A stretch of DNA of 63,978 bases, taken from positions 1 through 63,978 of the forward strand of contig JAYUOX010000384.1 in NCBI GenBank assembly GCA_043760595.1. The letters are read 5' to 3'. The notes below the pieces were generated by a model, which was not told the DNA's origin, did no database searches, and saw only the letters and a list, made by a program, of their open reading frames with translations. This document shows, in pieces, positions 1 to 9,848 of the stretch. The DNA is from Cytophagales bacterium. GTDB lineage: Bacteria; Bacteroidota; Bacteroidia; Cytophagales; Spirosomataceae. The translations under genes and the position numbers were made by a program. How positions within the stretch are numbered: position 1 is the first letter of the stretch; each line of letters begins with the position of its first letter.

Positions 1-521
1 TTATCATCGAACAATTCTTCTAATTGTTCGATGTACCAATAATCAAGATTGTTTGATTTGAAAAGTGATTTACAACGATTTCCAAAATGAGACCTCAAAT
101 TATTCTCATCCATCAATTTCATGGCTTTCTTGAAGGCTGTAACGGAAGCGTTATAATTTGATTCAGCCATTCCACCAAATTGGTCAGCATAATCCGTAGC
201 TGTCTCTACTCTAAAAATCAGTAAATCAATGACATCATAGGGAAAAACCGCAATTTTTTCATAATCTGCAATGATTCCTTTTATCGTAGAATTATTTACC
301 ATTCCTCTTGGATTGCCCCCAGAAGTCCAGAATTGCTTATAAATTTTGTCTTTATAACCTTTCAAGACTTCTTGTCTTTCATCTTCAGACATCAAATCTT
401 GGTTATAAAAATCCTTGACTTGTGGAAGTTTGGTATAAAGTTTTACGATTTCTTGACGAAGCTCCTCTTCACTCATTTCAGCAATGAGTTTTTTTAATTC
501 GGTAAGTTTAGATTTTGCCAT
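1..521 (-). CDS. Hypothetical helical protein, DUF6155-like, 3' end outside window
   Basis: ATG at 521 reads MAKSKLTELKKLIAEMSEEELRQEIVKLYTKLPQVKDFY; starts 5 nt after the E2 stop; missing from the ORF track, consistent with running off the window edge. Confidence 0.7.
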   Translation of the reverse strand, partial: MAKSKLTELKKLIAEMSEEELRQEIVKLYTKLPQVKDFYNQDLMSEDERQEVLKGYKDKIYKQFWTSGGNPRGMVNNSTIKGIIADYEKIAVFPYDVIDLLIFRVETATDYADQFGGMAESNYNASVTAFKKAMKLMDENNLRSHFGNRCKSLFKSNNLDYWYIEQLEELFDD

Positions 522-526
522 AATCT

Positions 527-1810
527 TTAAAATATTTTTCTATCCAATTCAAATCCTTCTAAATAATCGGACACTCGTTTCACAAATTGTCCACCCAAAG
601 AACCGTCCACCACTCGATGGTCGTAAGAATGTGAGATAAACATTTTTTGACGAATCCCTAATAAATCCCCTTGGGGCGTTTCGATGACTGCTGGTTTCTT
701 CTGAATTGCTCCAAAAGCCATGATGGCTACTTGCGGTTGCATAATAATAGGCGTTCCCATGATGTTTCCGAATGTTCCGATATTTGAAAAAGAGTAAGTT
801 CCACCTTCCAAATCTTCGGGTTTCAACTTATTCTCTCTGGCACGTTTTGATAACTCATTAATTTTTTTGGTAAGTCCCAATAAATTATATTGGTCGGCAT
901 TATGAATCACAGGCACAATCAAATTCCCACTTGGCAAAGCCACTGCCATGCCGATATTGATTTTACCTTTCACAATAATTTTATCACCATCCACCGAAGC
1001 ATTAATTTGTGGAAAATCTTTGATTGCTTTCACGATTGCTTCAACCAAAATGGGCGTGTAGGTGATATTTTCGCCGTACTGTTTTTTGAAAGAATCCTTG
1101 ATATTATTCCTCCAAATCACCGCATTGGTCATATCGGTTTCTACAAAAGACGTAACGTGGGGTGCTGTTTGAACAGAATCAACCATTCTTTGAGCAATCA
1201 TTTTACGCATCCTATCCATTTGGATGATTTCGTCATCGCCAGAAACAAATACCCTTGAAGGAACTTTAACAACACTTTGAGGAGAAACTTGCACGTTTCT
1301 TTTTTCTAAAAATGAAAGTATATCATGCTTAGTAACACGTCCATCCAACCCAGTACCTGCGATGGATTGCAATTCAACATTCGATATTTTTTCTTCTTTA
1401 CAAATACTCAGAACCAAAGGTGAATAAAACCTTGAACCTTCTGAATTTGAGGTAGTTATCTCTGATATTGGATTAAGATTAATACCCGTCAAATTCTGAA
1501 TCTCAACAATTTCTTGCTCAATTTTTTCAGAGATTTGTACAGATTTTGGTAAATCATTTTGAGATTCCCCACTGGTTTCAATGATACAAATGGGCTTTCC
1601 AATTTCAGCAACTTCACCCTCTGCCACAAGAATCTGCGAGAGGATTCCAGAATGCGAAGAAGGAACTTCGGTATCAATTTTGTCAGTAGCAACTTCTAAT
1701 AAATATTCATCGGCTTCCACAAAATCTCCGACATTTTTGAGCCACTTCAGTACGGTGGCTTCCATGATACTTTCGCCCATTTTGGGCATGACTATTTCAA
1801 TTAGAGACAT
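527..1810 (-). CDS. Dihydrolipoamide acyltransferase E2 of a 2-oxoacid dehydrogenase (branched-chain type likely)
   Basis: Lipoyl domain EVATDKIDTEVPS; E3-binding GTGLDGRVTKHD; catalytic SYDHRVVDG. Confidence 0.93.
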   Translation of the reverse strand: MSLIEIVMPKMGESIMEATVLKWLKNVGDFVEADEYLLEVATDKIDTEVPSSHSGILSQILVAEGEVAEIGKPICIIETSGESQNDLPKSVQISEKIEQEIVEIQNLTGINLNPISEITTSNSEGSRFYSPLVLSICKEEKISNVELQSIAGTGLDGRVTKHDILSFLEKRNVQVSPQSVVKVPSRVFVSGDDEIIQMDRMRKMIAQRMVDSVQTAPHVTSFVETDMTNAVIWRNNIKDSFKKQYGENITYTPILVEAIVKAIKDFPQINASVDGDKIIVKGKINIGMAVALPSGNLIVPVIHNADQYNLLGLTKKINELSKRARENKLKPEDLEGGTYSFSNIGTFGNIMGTPIIMQPQVAIMAFGAIQKKPAVIETPQGDLLGIRQKMFISHSYDHRVVDGSLGGQFVKRVSDYLEGFELDRKIF

Positions 1811-1843
1811 ATTTTTCTATATAAATTCTTATGTTGATGCTTT

Positions 1844-1927
1844 TACTGTAGCTCGAAGTGGCACTTCGAGGAGTTGGAGTCTAATTCTCGAAGTGCCACC
1901 GAGCGTCGGTCGCTTCGAGCTACAGTA
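1844..1927. repeat. REPIN family A (inverted pair of GTAG-type REPs)
   Basis: tactGTAGctcgaagtggcacttcgag ... ctcgaagtgccaccgagcgtcggtcgcttcgagCTACagta; related copies at 9798, 14078, 16409, 60144. Confidence 0.85.
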
Positions 1928-1937
1928 TTTCGTTGCT

Positions 1938-3173
1938 TTATAAAACGCTTCTCAGTAAATTCAATATATTCAGTGCTGTCAAATGGATATTTTGTTCTCT
2001 GAATCCACCCAATGACAATTTCTTTGTGATGGTTTGATTTCCAGTAGCTATCGCAATCCAAATTGTACCCACAGGCTTATCTGGTGTGCCTCCGTTGGGT
2101 CCTGCAATGCCGCTTGTGGCTAATCCGTAAGTAGTATTTAGTTTTTTTCTGACATTTTCAGCCATTTCTTTTATGGTTTCTTCGGAGACTGCTCCAAAGT
2201 TTTTCAGGGTCTCAGAATTTACCGATAACTGACTGATTTTCACTGAATTATCATAAGCCAAAATCCCTCCCATAAAATAAGCTGAACTTCCTGATACTTT
2301 CGTGAATAAATGTCCTAAATATCCCCCAGTACAACTTTCAGCCACTGAAACGGTTTGTTTTTTTTGGGTCAATAATCTCCCAATCGCTTCTTCTAATTCT
2401 TCTTTTCCATAACCGTAAACAAATTTTTGAATGGTTGGAAAAACCTTCACAAATTCATCTTCAACCTGATTTTCGAGGGATTTTAAATCATCGCCAAATC
2501 CTGTCAATCTCAATCTAACGCTTCCCATCGAAGGCAAATAAGCTAATTTGATATGGGAAGGCAAAGCATCTTCCCATTCATCAATCATCTCAGCTAAGGT
2601 AGATTCCCCGATTCCGATAGTTCTGATTACTTTGTGAAAAATTACGGGCGTTTTGAAATGTTCTTGAAGTTTGGGCAAAATCGAAAGGTTCATCAAACCT
2701 TTCATTTCATAAGGAACGCCTGGCATTGAAACATAGATTACTCCTTGATAGTCAAACCACATTCCTGGGGCTGTTCCCATCGTATTTTGAATATAGGTAG
2801 CGTTTGAAGGAAGTTCGTACTGACTTTTGTTTGTTCCAGAAAGTACAAAATTACGTTTGGCAAAATATGCAGTTACATCAATTTGTGCTTGTGGATGAAC
2901 GATTATTTCAGAATTAAAATATTTACAAAAAGTTTTCTTCGTAATATCGTCCTTGGTTGGACCTAAACCACCCGTAACTATCACTATGTCAGCACGTTTG
3001 GAGGATTCTTCAAAGATTTGTAAAATGGCTTCCTCTGTATCTCCCACTGATGATTTACGAACTGTTTTTATACCTATTTTGTCTAATTCAGCACTAATCC
3101 ATTGGGTATTTGTGTCCGTAATTTGTCCGTAAAGTATTTCGTCTCCTATAGTTATTATCTCTGCTTTTATCAT
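1938..3173 (-). CDS. cinA: CinA-like competence/damage-inducible protein (MoCF-like domain plus NMN deamidase)
   Basis: EIITIGDEIL, TGGLGPTKDD, AESCTGG, SGIAGP; ATG at 3173 preferred over TTG at 3185, which lies in a repeat. Confidence 0.92.
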   Translation of the reverse strand: MIKAEIITIGDEILYGQITDTNTQWISAELDKIGIKTVRKSSVGDTEEAILQIFEESSKRADIVIVTGGLGPTKDDITKKTFCKYFNSEIIVHPQAQIDVTAYFAKRNFVLSGTNKSQYELPSNATYIQNTMGTAPGMWFDYQGVIYVSMPGVPYEMKGLMNLSILPKLQEHFKTPVIFHKVIRTIGIGESTLAEMIDEWEDALPSHIKLAYLPSMGSVRLRLTGFGDDLKSLENQVEDEFVKVFPTIQKFVYGYGKEELEEAIGRLLTQKKQTVSVAESCTGGYLGHLFTKVSGSSAYFMGGILAYDNSVKISQLSVNSETLKNFGAVSEETIKEMAENVRKKLNTTYGLATSGIAGPNGGTPDKPVGTIWIAIATGNQTITKKLSLGGFREQNIHLTALNILNLLRSVL

Positions 3174-3176
3174 TTT

Positions 3177-3272
3177 TTTGAGCAATAAGTTTTGAGCAAT
3201 AAGTTTCGAGTTTTAATAAAAATTAGAAATTTCTATTAAAAACTCATAGCTAAATGCTCATTGCTCAAAGCT
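3177..3272. repeat. Degenerate short-tandem (7/14-mer) inverted element
   Basis: ttgagcaataagtt x2 ... aactcatagctaaatgctcattgctcaaag; similar to 26058-26119. Confidence 0.55.
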
Positions 3273-3386
3273 ATTTAATTATTTTTACCCAAAATTACAC
3301 AATTTGAAACGTTTTTACGTTTTATGACAAATGACATTTCATAAATTCTTACGTCAAAAGAAAAAACAATTTAAAAATCACTAAAA

Positions 3387-4112
3387 ATGAGAAAAATACT
3401 CTTAGCTGGTGCAATGATGGTTTCGATTAGTAGCTGTCAATCACAAAACTTTGGAAATATCTTAAAACAAGCCAACGATGTACTGGGTGGAACAACTTCG
3501 GGGGCATTGTCCACGGATGAAATTGGTCGTGGTTTAAAAGAAGCCTTGACCGTGGGAATCAAAAATAGTTCTTCACAGGCTTCTGCCGTGGATGGATTTT
3601 TGGGAAATCAGACTATCAAATTATTATTTCCACCCGAAGCTCAGAAGGTTGAGCAAAAATTGAGAGACCTTGGTTTGGGGGGAGAATGTGATAAATTTGT
3701 TACTTCTCTGAACCGTGGAGCTGAAAAAGCCGCCGCAAAGGCAGTCCCCATTTTTGTGGATGCCATTACCCAAATGACTATTCAAGATGCTATGGGAATT
3801 TTGAGAGGAGATAAAGATGCGGCAACCAATTATTTAAAAAGAACATCCTCTCAGGCTCTTACAAATGCCTTTGCACCTATTATGAATGAAGCAATAAATT
3901 CAACGGGGGCAACAAAAATGTACGGTGATATTGCCAATACATACAACAAAATCCCTTTTCAACAAAAAGTGAATCCTGATTTACAACAATATGCTACGCA
4001 AAAAGCGATTGACGGATTGTTTAGTTTGGTGGCATTGGAAGAACAGAAAATAAGGGAAAATCCTGCGGCGAGAGTTTCGGATTTATTGAAGAAAGTTTTT
4101 GGAGCGAAGTAA
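3387..4112 (+). CDS. DUF4197 family lipoprotein
   Basis: Lipobox ISSC; GLKEAL, LNRGAEKAA, ATQKAIDGLF, IRENPAARVSDLLKKVFG. Confidence 0.88.
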   Translation: MRKILLAGAMMVSISSCQSQNFGNILKQANDVLGGTTSGALSTDEIGRGLKEALTVGIKNSSSQASAVDGFLGNQTIKLLFPPEAQKVEQKLRDLGLGGECDKFVTSLNRGAEKAAAKAVPIFVDAITQMTIQDAMGILRGDKDAATNYLKRTSSQALTNAFAPIMNEAINSTGATKMYGDIANTYNKIPFQQKVNPDLQQYATQKAIDGLFSLVALEEQKIRENPAARVSDLLKKVFGAK

Positions 4113-4131
4113 ATTTAAGAGGTTGCTACAC

Positions 4132-4166
4132 AGCCCTCCCAAGCGTTTTGAACGCTTGAGAGGGCT
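4132..4166. repeat. Single palindrome family E (possible bidirectional terminator)
   Basis: agccctcccaagcgttttgaacgcttgagagggct between convergent genes; near-identical copy at 49282-49314, relative at 63908-63943. Confidence 0.7.
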
Positions 4167-4188
4167 TATTTTTTAAATTTATCTAAAA

Positions 4189-4644
4189 TCAATCATTATA
4201 CGCCTCTTCGTTGTAATCAACATCCCAAGTGTGGTCAGCTAACAGTAAGCATTTTGCTAAAAAACGGCTGTATTTAAAAGAACGTCCCCACTCATCGGGA
4301 GCTACTAATGACAATAAATCCTCGCCTGTGTCTCGCTCGTACATGTAATAGGTGTTATTAATGATTGGCTCAAAGCCCATTGCGGCATCATAGATTCTTT
4401 CAGAAATTTCTTTTCGTTGAGCCAATAATTTTGCCTGACGTGCCAAAACCTCCATTTGTTCGTACAACTGATTCATCTGACGGTCAGTCTGTTGCCTCAT
4501 GGCAGTTACAGAACGCCCCTTAGTTTTACCCATATCCTCTGGACGGATTACTGCCCCTCCCGCTGTGTGTGCGTAAGGAAGTAATCCTGGATTCTCGGCA
4601 ACTTTATCTTTATTGATGGGATTTAAGAATGCTTCTTCTTTCAT
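4189..4644 (-). CDS. DUF2452 family protein
   Basis: NPGLLPYA, FEPIINNTYYMY, LSLVAPDEW, LLADHTW; ATG at 4644 preferred. Confidence 0.8.
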   Translation of the reverse strand: MKEEAFLNPINKDKVAENPGLLPYAHTAGGAVIRPEDMGKTKGRSVTAMRQQTDRQMNQLYEQMEVLARQAKLLAQRKEISERIYDAAMGFEPIINNTYYMYERDTGEDLLSLVAPDEWGRSFKYSRFLAKCLLLADHTWDVDYNEEAYND

Positions 4645-5050
4645 AAGTAATGATATTTTATCCAACAAAATTAATTAGTTTAGATAAAATAATTGTTCTC
4701 TAATAAAAATTTAGTTATTTAATCTTAATTATTGATAAAAATTAGATATTTGCACTTTTAAGACAAATGATTTCATTTCAAAAATATAAATTATCTTTTA
4801 CTTACTGTAAGCAACTTGTACAAAATGACTCTGTTAGAAATAGTCTTTATGTTTGAAAAGGACTGAGACCTTAAAATGCACAAATTATTTACAGCAAGGT
4901 GTTTTGCTATATCACAATAACCTTCAAGCCTTTACCAATGTTTATACGTTGTTAAAAATTTATCAATTTTGCAACGCAACTCATTAAACAATAACATAGT
5001 ATAGATGTTAGAATTGAGTGTAAACTTCACAACATAAAATTACTAAATAT

Positions 5051-5554
5051 ATGGAACGTAAAGAGTTTTTAAACCTTGTTGGCATGAGTGTGGGAGCTGT
5101 TATCCTGCAAAACTGCCTATCAGGATGCACTAAATCGTATGACCCAGCCCCAGCGGTAACCCCGCCTGCAACAACCCCACCAGCCACAGGTGGAGGAAAT
5201 ACTCCTGATGTTGGTCTGACAGGAAACAATCAACTTTCAAAAGGTGCGATTGATTTTACGATTGACTTAAATTCAACCACATTTGGGGATTTAAAGACCA
5301 ATGGAAATGCTTTGGTTTCGGGTGATGTTATTGTTGCCCGAACCAGAACGGGCGATTTTTTAGTTGTCGAAAAAGCCTGTACGCATCAAGGTACAACGGT
5401 TGATTTTAAGCCCGACTCAACATCCTTTTCATGTTCAAATCACGGGGCAATGTACGACTCAGGCGGAAACGTTACAAATGGACCAGCTACAAGGGCTCTT
5501 AAAAGATATAATACAACATTCGACAGTGTGAAAAATACTTTGAAAATAGCTTAG
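5051..5554 (+). CDS. Rieske 2Fe-2S lipoprotein with Tat-like leader
   Basis: MERKEFL leader, LSGC lipobox, CTHQG and CSNHGAMY Rieske boxes, Pro/Thr linker. Confidence 0.88.
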   Translation: MERKEFLNLVGMSVGAVILQNCLSGCTKSYDPAPAVTPPATTPPATGGGNTPDVGLTGNNQLSKGAIDFTIDLNSTTFGDLKTNGNALVSGDVIVARTRTGDFLVVEKACTHQGTTVDFKPDSTSFSCSNHGAMYDSGGNVTNGPATRALKRYNTTFDSVKNTLKIA

Positions 5555-5815
5555 GAACGGGTAAATAATACGTTGTAATGATTGGTATGAATTATTTTAT
5601 TGATAGATTGAGGGTATTTTGAAGGGAATAGCATCGGGCAACGTTTGTCGCTATTTACTGAAAAATACCATCGAAATATCGGTAAAAGAAACTTAGAAAT
5701 CGTTGTAACTTATTGTTTACCCATTCCTTAAACTGATATTACACTTCCTCAAAATACGACACTCATTGAAAATACCAGATAAAGGTGTTTTCTTTGGGTG
5801 TTTTTTTAGGTAAAT

Positions 5816-7015
5816 ATGCAAATAAACGATTATAATAATCTCCCCGAACCTACTTCTGAATACGAACAGAAAGTAATAGACTTTTGTCAGAATTGGCTGA
5901 ATGAAAAAAAGGAATTTATCATCAAAACTTCTGGCTCCACAGGTGAACCAAAACTCATACAACTCACTCGAAATCAAATGATTGCGAGTGCAGAATTGAC
6001 TGGAAAAACTTTTGGATTAGTTTCAGGAGATAGTGCCTTAGTATGTTTGAATATCGAGTATATTGCGGGCATGATGATGTTGGTACGTGGGATGGTTTGG
6101 GAATTAAAACTGACAATTATTGAACCTTCTGGAAATCCATTTGAAAACCTTGAAAAGTTTAATTTTGATTTCTTTGCCTTCGTTCCTTTACAGTTAGATA
6201 AAATATTAGAACGTAAAAGAAATATAGATTTAAAAATTGGGGATTTTCCTGTCATCCCGACGAAGGAGGGAACTGATAATAAAATGTCCAAATCATCTTT
6301 TTTAGAAAAATCAGACAGTTCCCTCCTCCGTCGGGATGACAAAAACCTATACTTTAAAAGCCTTGAAATTCTAAACAAAGCAAAAGCCATAATCGTAGGC
6401 GGAGCATCTGTAAATAAGGTTTTGGAACAAAAAATACAGACTTTATCAGCTCCCGTTTTTAGTACCTACGGCATGACTGAAACCGTTTCGCACATTGCCA
6501 TAAAAAGGTTAAACGGAAATAATAAAACGGAAAACTTTCAAGTTTTAGAAAGTGTAAAAATCGGAATTGATACCAGAAATTGTTTGAATATTATTGCAGA
6601 ATCTTCTAACAATGAGCTTATTCAGACAAATGATATTGTGGAGATTATCAATGAAAAAGAATTCAAATTAATTGGAAGATTTGACAATATTATCAACAGT
6701 GGAGGAGTGAAAATTCAGTTAGAAAAAATTGAGAAATTGATAGAAAACGAAATCCAAATATTTGAACCAAAGCGTTATTTTGCGTATGGAATACCTGATG
6801 AAAAATTAGGGCAGAAGTTGGTTTTGGTAGTAGAAACGGACATTATTGATGAGAAAATGAAAGAACTGTTTTTACAAAAAATAAGGTTAATTTTGCCTAA
6901 ATATGAAATTCCAAAAGAGATTTTCTTTGTGAAATTATTTGAGGAAACACAAACAGGAAAGATTGATAAAAAAACAACAATTTCACTTTTAAGTACCACC
7001 GACTTCAGTCTGTAA
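5816..7015 (+). CDS. menE: MenE-like AMP-binding o-succinylbenzoate-CoA ligase, with an in-frame palindromic insertion
   Basis: TSGSTGEPK, YGMTET, GRFDNIINSGGVK, TGKID motifs. Confidence 0.75.
   Translation: MQINDYNNLPEPTSEYEQKVIDFCQNWLNEKKEFIIKTSGSTGEPKLIQLTRNQMIASAELTGKTFGLVSGDSALVCLNIEYIAGMMMLVRGMVWELKLTIIEPSGNPFENLEKFNFDFFAFVPLQLDKILERKRNIDLKIGDFPVIPTKEGTDNKMSKSSFLEKSDSSLLRRDDKNLYFKSLEILNKAKAIIVGGASVNKVLEQKIQTLSAPVFSTYGMTETVSHIAIKRLNGNNKTENFQVLESVKIGIDTRNCLNIIAESSNNELIQTNDIVEIINEKEFKLIGRFDNIINSGGVKIQLEKIEKLIENEIQIFEPKRYFAYGIPDEKLGQKLVLVVETDIIDEKMKELFLQKIRLILPKYEIPKEIFFVKLFEETQTGKIDKKTTISLLSTTDFSL
6250..6341. repeat. Palindromic element family G inside the menE-like CDS
   Basis: 26-nt arms tgtcatcccgacgaaggagggaactg / cagttccctcctccgtcgggatgaca (1 mismatch); intergenic copy at 32134-32226. 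Confidence 0.9.
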
Positions 7016-7048
7016 TTTTACCCAATTACAGACTGAAGTCGATAATAC
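6993..7048. repeat. REPIN-like inverted repeat overlapping the menE-like stop codon
   Basis: gtaccaccgacttcagtctgtaatt ... aattacagactgaagtcgataatac. Confidence 0.75.
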
Positions 7049-7055
7049 CTATTAC

Positions 7056-9665
7056 CTACCGATTCAATTTAATCCTCAAAACCGTTGAACTGTACTTGCC
7101 ATTCACAAAATTCCCTACAACTTCCAATCCCAATAATTTCCCAATTCCTGAGATTCCGTAACCGACCTCAGCGTAGTTGAAATTCTGATTGGGAACGTTT
7201 AAATAATTGGCAAAAATAGATTCTTTCAAACCGTACATTCTTAAAGGAGTTATTTGGGTTAGTAAGAATTTCTGAAAATCATTTGCCACAAAAACTTCCA
7301 AATAATTACCTCTTGTACTGTGTAAATAGTAATCTAAATTTCGGAAAGCATCAAAGCTAAATGAACGAATGAAAGTCTTATTGCCATTAAAATGCCTGAA
7401 ATCTGAAAAGTAAGTGGGTGCTTTCAGAAAACCGCCATAATTAGCCAAAACGTGCAAATCTCCTAATTTTTCTAACTCAAAAATCTGCTCATAGCTACCT
7501 TGTAGTCTTGAGTAGTTGGCATCTGACATTAAGCCGTTGGTGCTTTTAATTCTGAATATAGGATTGCCTCGATTGATGGTATATTCTCGTCCATTGAAAG
7601 CTCTCTTTTTGGCAAAAGGCGTAATTGAAAAAGCAACATCAAGCACCAAATTTTCTGGATTTACATATCGTGAATCTGTTAATTCTGTCCCCACGGGTTG
7701 ATTTGAGGTAAATTCTTTCTCTTTATTATCAATCCAAGGTCTGAAACTTTCGAGATTTTGCAATTCATTTCTTTTGGCATATTCAACGTTAAATAAACCC
7801 GTTACTACTTGCGAAAAACGATTTCGGTATTCCAAATTCACAAACTTTTTTTCATAAATTTTCATATAATTCTCCTCCGCTAAGGTCGTGAAAATAGTAT
7901 TGGTTATATTTGAAATTGGATTATTCGCATTGAATTGTTGAACCATATTTCCTACCTTAATTTCGAGAGAATTATAGTTTTTAATTTGAAAATAACCAAT
8001 ATCACCATTGAAGGCTTTTCGACCCAAAGCGTATCTAAAATCTGTATAAAGTGAGGTTCGTTTTAGGAGTTTTTCACGAGTTTCATACTTCAAACTTCCT
8101 TGTAAATAATAACCATCAACGGTGTTGGCGTTGCCCAATTCAAAGATGGGAGAACTATAAGTCAATGACCGTGGATAAAAACTATACAAGTCGTCTCGTT
8201 TGCCATAATTATAAACTTTACCCATCAAAATGTGCATTGGTTTAAACACAGGCAGGTTTTTGATAGAATCTTTCTTATAATTTCCTTCGTTTGCTTTTGT
8301 GATACTATCGGCTTGGGCGTAGCCTTTTATCTCAAATTCGGTCAAAGGAACTTGGCGTTCTTCTTCCCAAAAGTTGCTGGTTCTTTTCTTAAATAGCGAA
8401 TCGACTTCAATGCTATACGAACGAACCAAAGCCACATCTTCACCTTTCGATTTTCTTTCTTTTTTATCTTCTTTTTCGGAAGATTTCAAGAATTTCTCTA
8501 ACTGTTTGCGAGTCAATTGTTTTTGTTTCAAAGCGGTTTTGGCATCAACTTTTTCACCTTTCAAACTCAGTGCTTCGGCTTTATCTATTTTCTCGTCAAT
8601 TACAACGGGCTTTTGGTGATATTTTTGATTAATATTAACCGCATAATTTCTTACATTGGTTACATAATTAAGGTATCCTTGAAATCCAAAGGCATCAAAA
8701 TCATTATGGAAAGAGAAACTCACTGGTAACCAAACCTCTTTAAAAGGAGCAAAAACCATTTTGATTGTATTCTTGGAATTATCATCATTAAACTTCAAGT
8801 CCACGCTATGGATATACCACGAATCCTCAATAATATTGATTACTCCACTAAAAACGTTATCTCCCGAAGCCTTTGGAATGACCCGAATCTTATTGATTAA
8901 CTGTCCATTTTCGGTAAACTCTCCTTCAAATTTAAACTTATAATACGCTAAGGCTGAGGGAGATAGTGGCGAAATTATATCGCTAAATGCCTTAGAATTA
9001 TAAAAATTAATTCGTGAAACTGTAATAAAGTTCGCCCCTTGGTCTTGGAGTTGTTTGGGTAAATTACTTCGTGCAGAAACTACTTTTTCTTTGACATTCG
9101 AGGGCTGTTTAAAATTAACATCATTGATAGATTCTATCACATAAACTTGTCCAATTTTTAGACCCGTTTCTTTCTCAATTTTTTTTCCAGCCAACATCTT
9201 CATCAAACCTGATACTTCCTCTACTTTGGCAGTTCCTTTGACGTAGGTGCGAGCAGTGTACGAATCCAATTCTAAGATTTTGAAACGTGCCATCGAAATG
9301 GTTTTTCGCATAATCGTATAAGCGGGGTCTTCGGCTTTGGCAGAAAAACGAACCTCATTTAGTGCAACAGATTGTTCTTCCAAAACAGCATCAAGCACTA
9401 CGTAATCATTGCCAACTTCAACTGATTTTTCGATTGTTTTATGCCCTAAATATTGAAAAATGATAGTGTATGAACCTTTTTCTAAGGCAAATTCATATTT
9501 TCCGTCTTCGTTTGCCATTGTTCCTCTCGATGAACCTTTGATGATTATCGAAGCAAAAGAAAGTTGCTCTGCCTTTGTATTTTTGATTGTGCCTTTGATA
9601 CCGCCTGCAAAAAGTGGAAGGTAACAAATTGAAGAAATGAGAATTGTGAAGAAGTAGTTTTTCAT
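7056..9665 (-). CDS. DUF5686 plus carboxypeptidase-regulatory-like domain outer-membrane protein
   Basis: Signal peptide, GTMANEDGKY...YLGHKT N-domain, EDPAYTIMRK, beta-strand-rich C-terminus. Confidence 0.8.
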   Translation of the reverse strand: MKNYFFTILISSICYLPLFAGGIKGTIKNTKAEQLSFASIIIKGSSRGTMANEDGKYEFALEKGSYTIIFQYLGHKTIEKSVEVGNDYVVLDAVLEEQSVALNEVRFSAKAEDPAYTIMRKTISMARFKILELDSYTARTYVKGTAKVEEVSGLMKMLAGKKIEKETGLKIGQVYVIESINDVNFKQPSNVKEKVVSARSNLPKQLQDQGANFITVSRINFYNSKAFSDIISPLSPSALAYYKFKFEGEFTENGQLINKIRVIPKASGDNVFSGVINIIEDSWYIHSVDLKFNDDNSKNTIKMVFAPFKEVWLPVSFSFHNDFDAFGFQGYLNYVTNVRNYAVNINQKYHQKPVVIDEKIDKAEALSLKGEKVDAKTALKQKQLTRKQLEKFLKSSEKEDKKERKSKGEDVALVRSYSIEVDSLFKKRTSNFWEEERQVPLTEFEIKGYAQADSITKANEGNYKKDSIKNLPVFKPMHILMGKVYNYGKRDDLYSFYPRSLTYSSPIFELGNANTVDGYYLQGSLKYETREKLLKRTSLYTDFRYALGRKAFNGDIGYFQIKNYNSLEIKVGNMVQQFNANNPISNITNTIFTTLAEENYMKIYEKKFVNLEYRNRFSQVVTGLFNVEYAKRNELQNLESFRPWIDNKEKEFTSNQPVGTELTDSRYVNPENLVLDVAFSITPFAKKRAFNGREYTINRGNPIFRIKSTNGLMSDANYSRLQGSYEQIFELEKLGDLHVLANYGGFLKAPTYFSDFRHFNGNKTFIRSFSFDAFRNLDYYLHSTRGNYLEVFVANDFQKFLLTQITPLRMYGLKESIFANYLNVPNQNFNYAEVGYGISGIGKLLGLEVVGNFVNGKYSSTVLRIKLNR

Positions 9666-9797
9666 GGGAATTGGTTTTAGTGTTTTAATTTTGAATAGCG
9701 TATTTATATTTCAAGATGCAATGTTAAGACAAAAGGTTGTTGGATTGATAAAAAGTATGTTAAACGGTCTTAAAAGTGTATATCAAGGTATGAAAAA

Positions 9798-9848
9798 TAC
9801 TGTAACTCGAAGCAACTGTAACTCGAAGTGCCACTTCGAGCTACAGTA
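9798..9848. repeat. Truncated REPIN family A, supplying the esterase stop codon
   Basis: tactgtaactcgaagcaactgtaactcgaagtgccacttcgagCTAcagta; CTA at 9841-9843 is the TAG. Confidence 0.8.

Noticed and set aside
1581-2061. Short ORFs sharing TVARS / CHFELQY (also near 9664 and 9828)
   Set aside because: They are translations of REPIN-A overlapping real genes
4768-4857. 29-codon ORF MISFQKYKLSF... in the DUF2452-Rieske gap
   Set aside because: Only an imperfect promoter match, no terminator and no recognisable features
5612-5669. Imperfect hairpin after the Rieske gene as a riboswitch or sRNA
   Set aside because: No recognisable aptamer consensus and the pairing is weak
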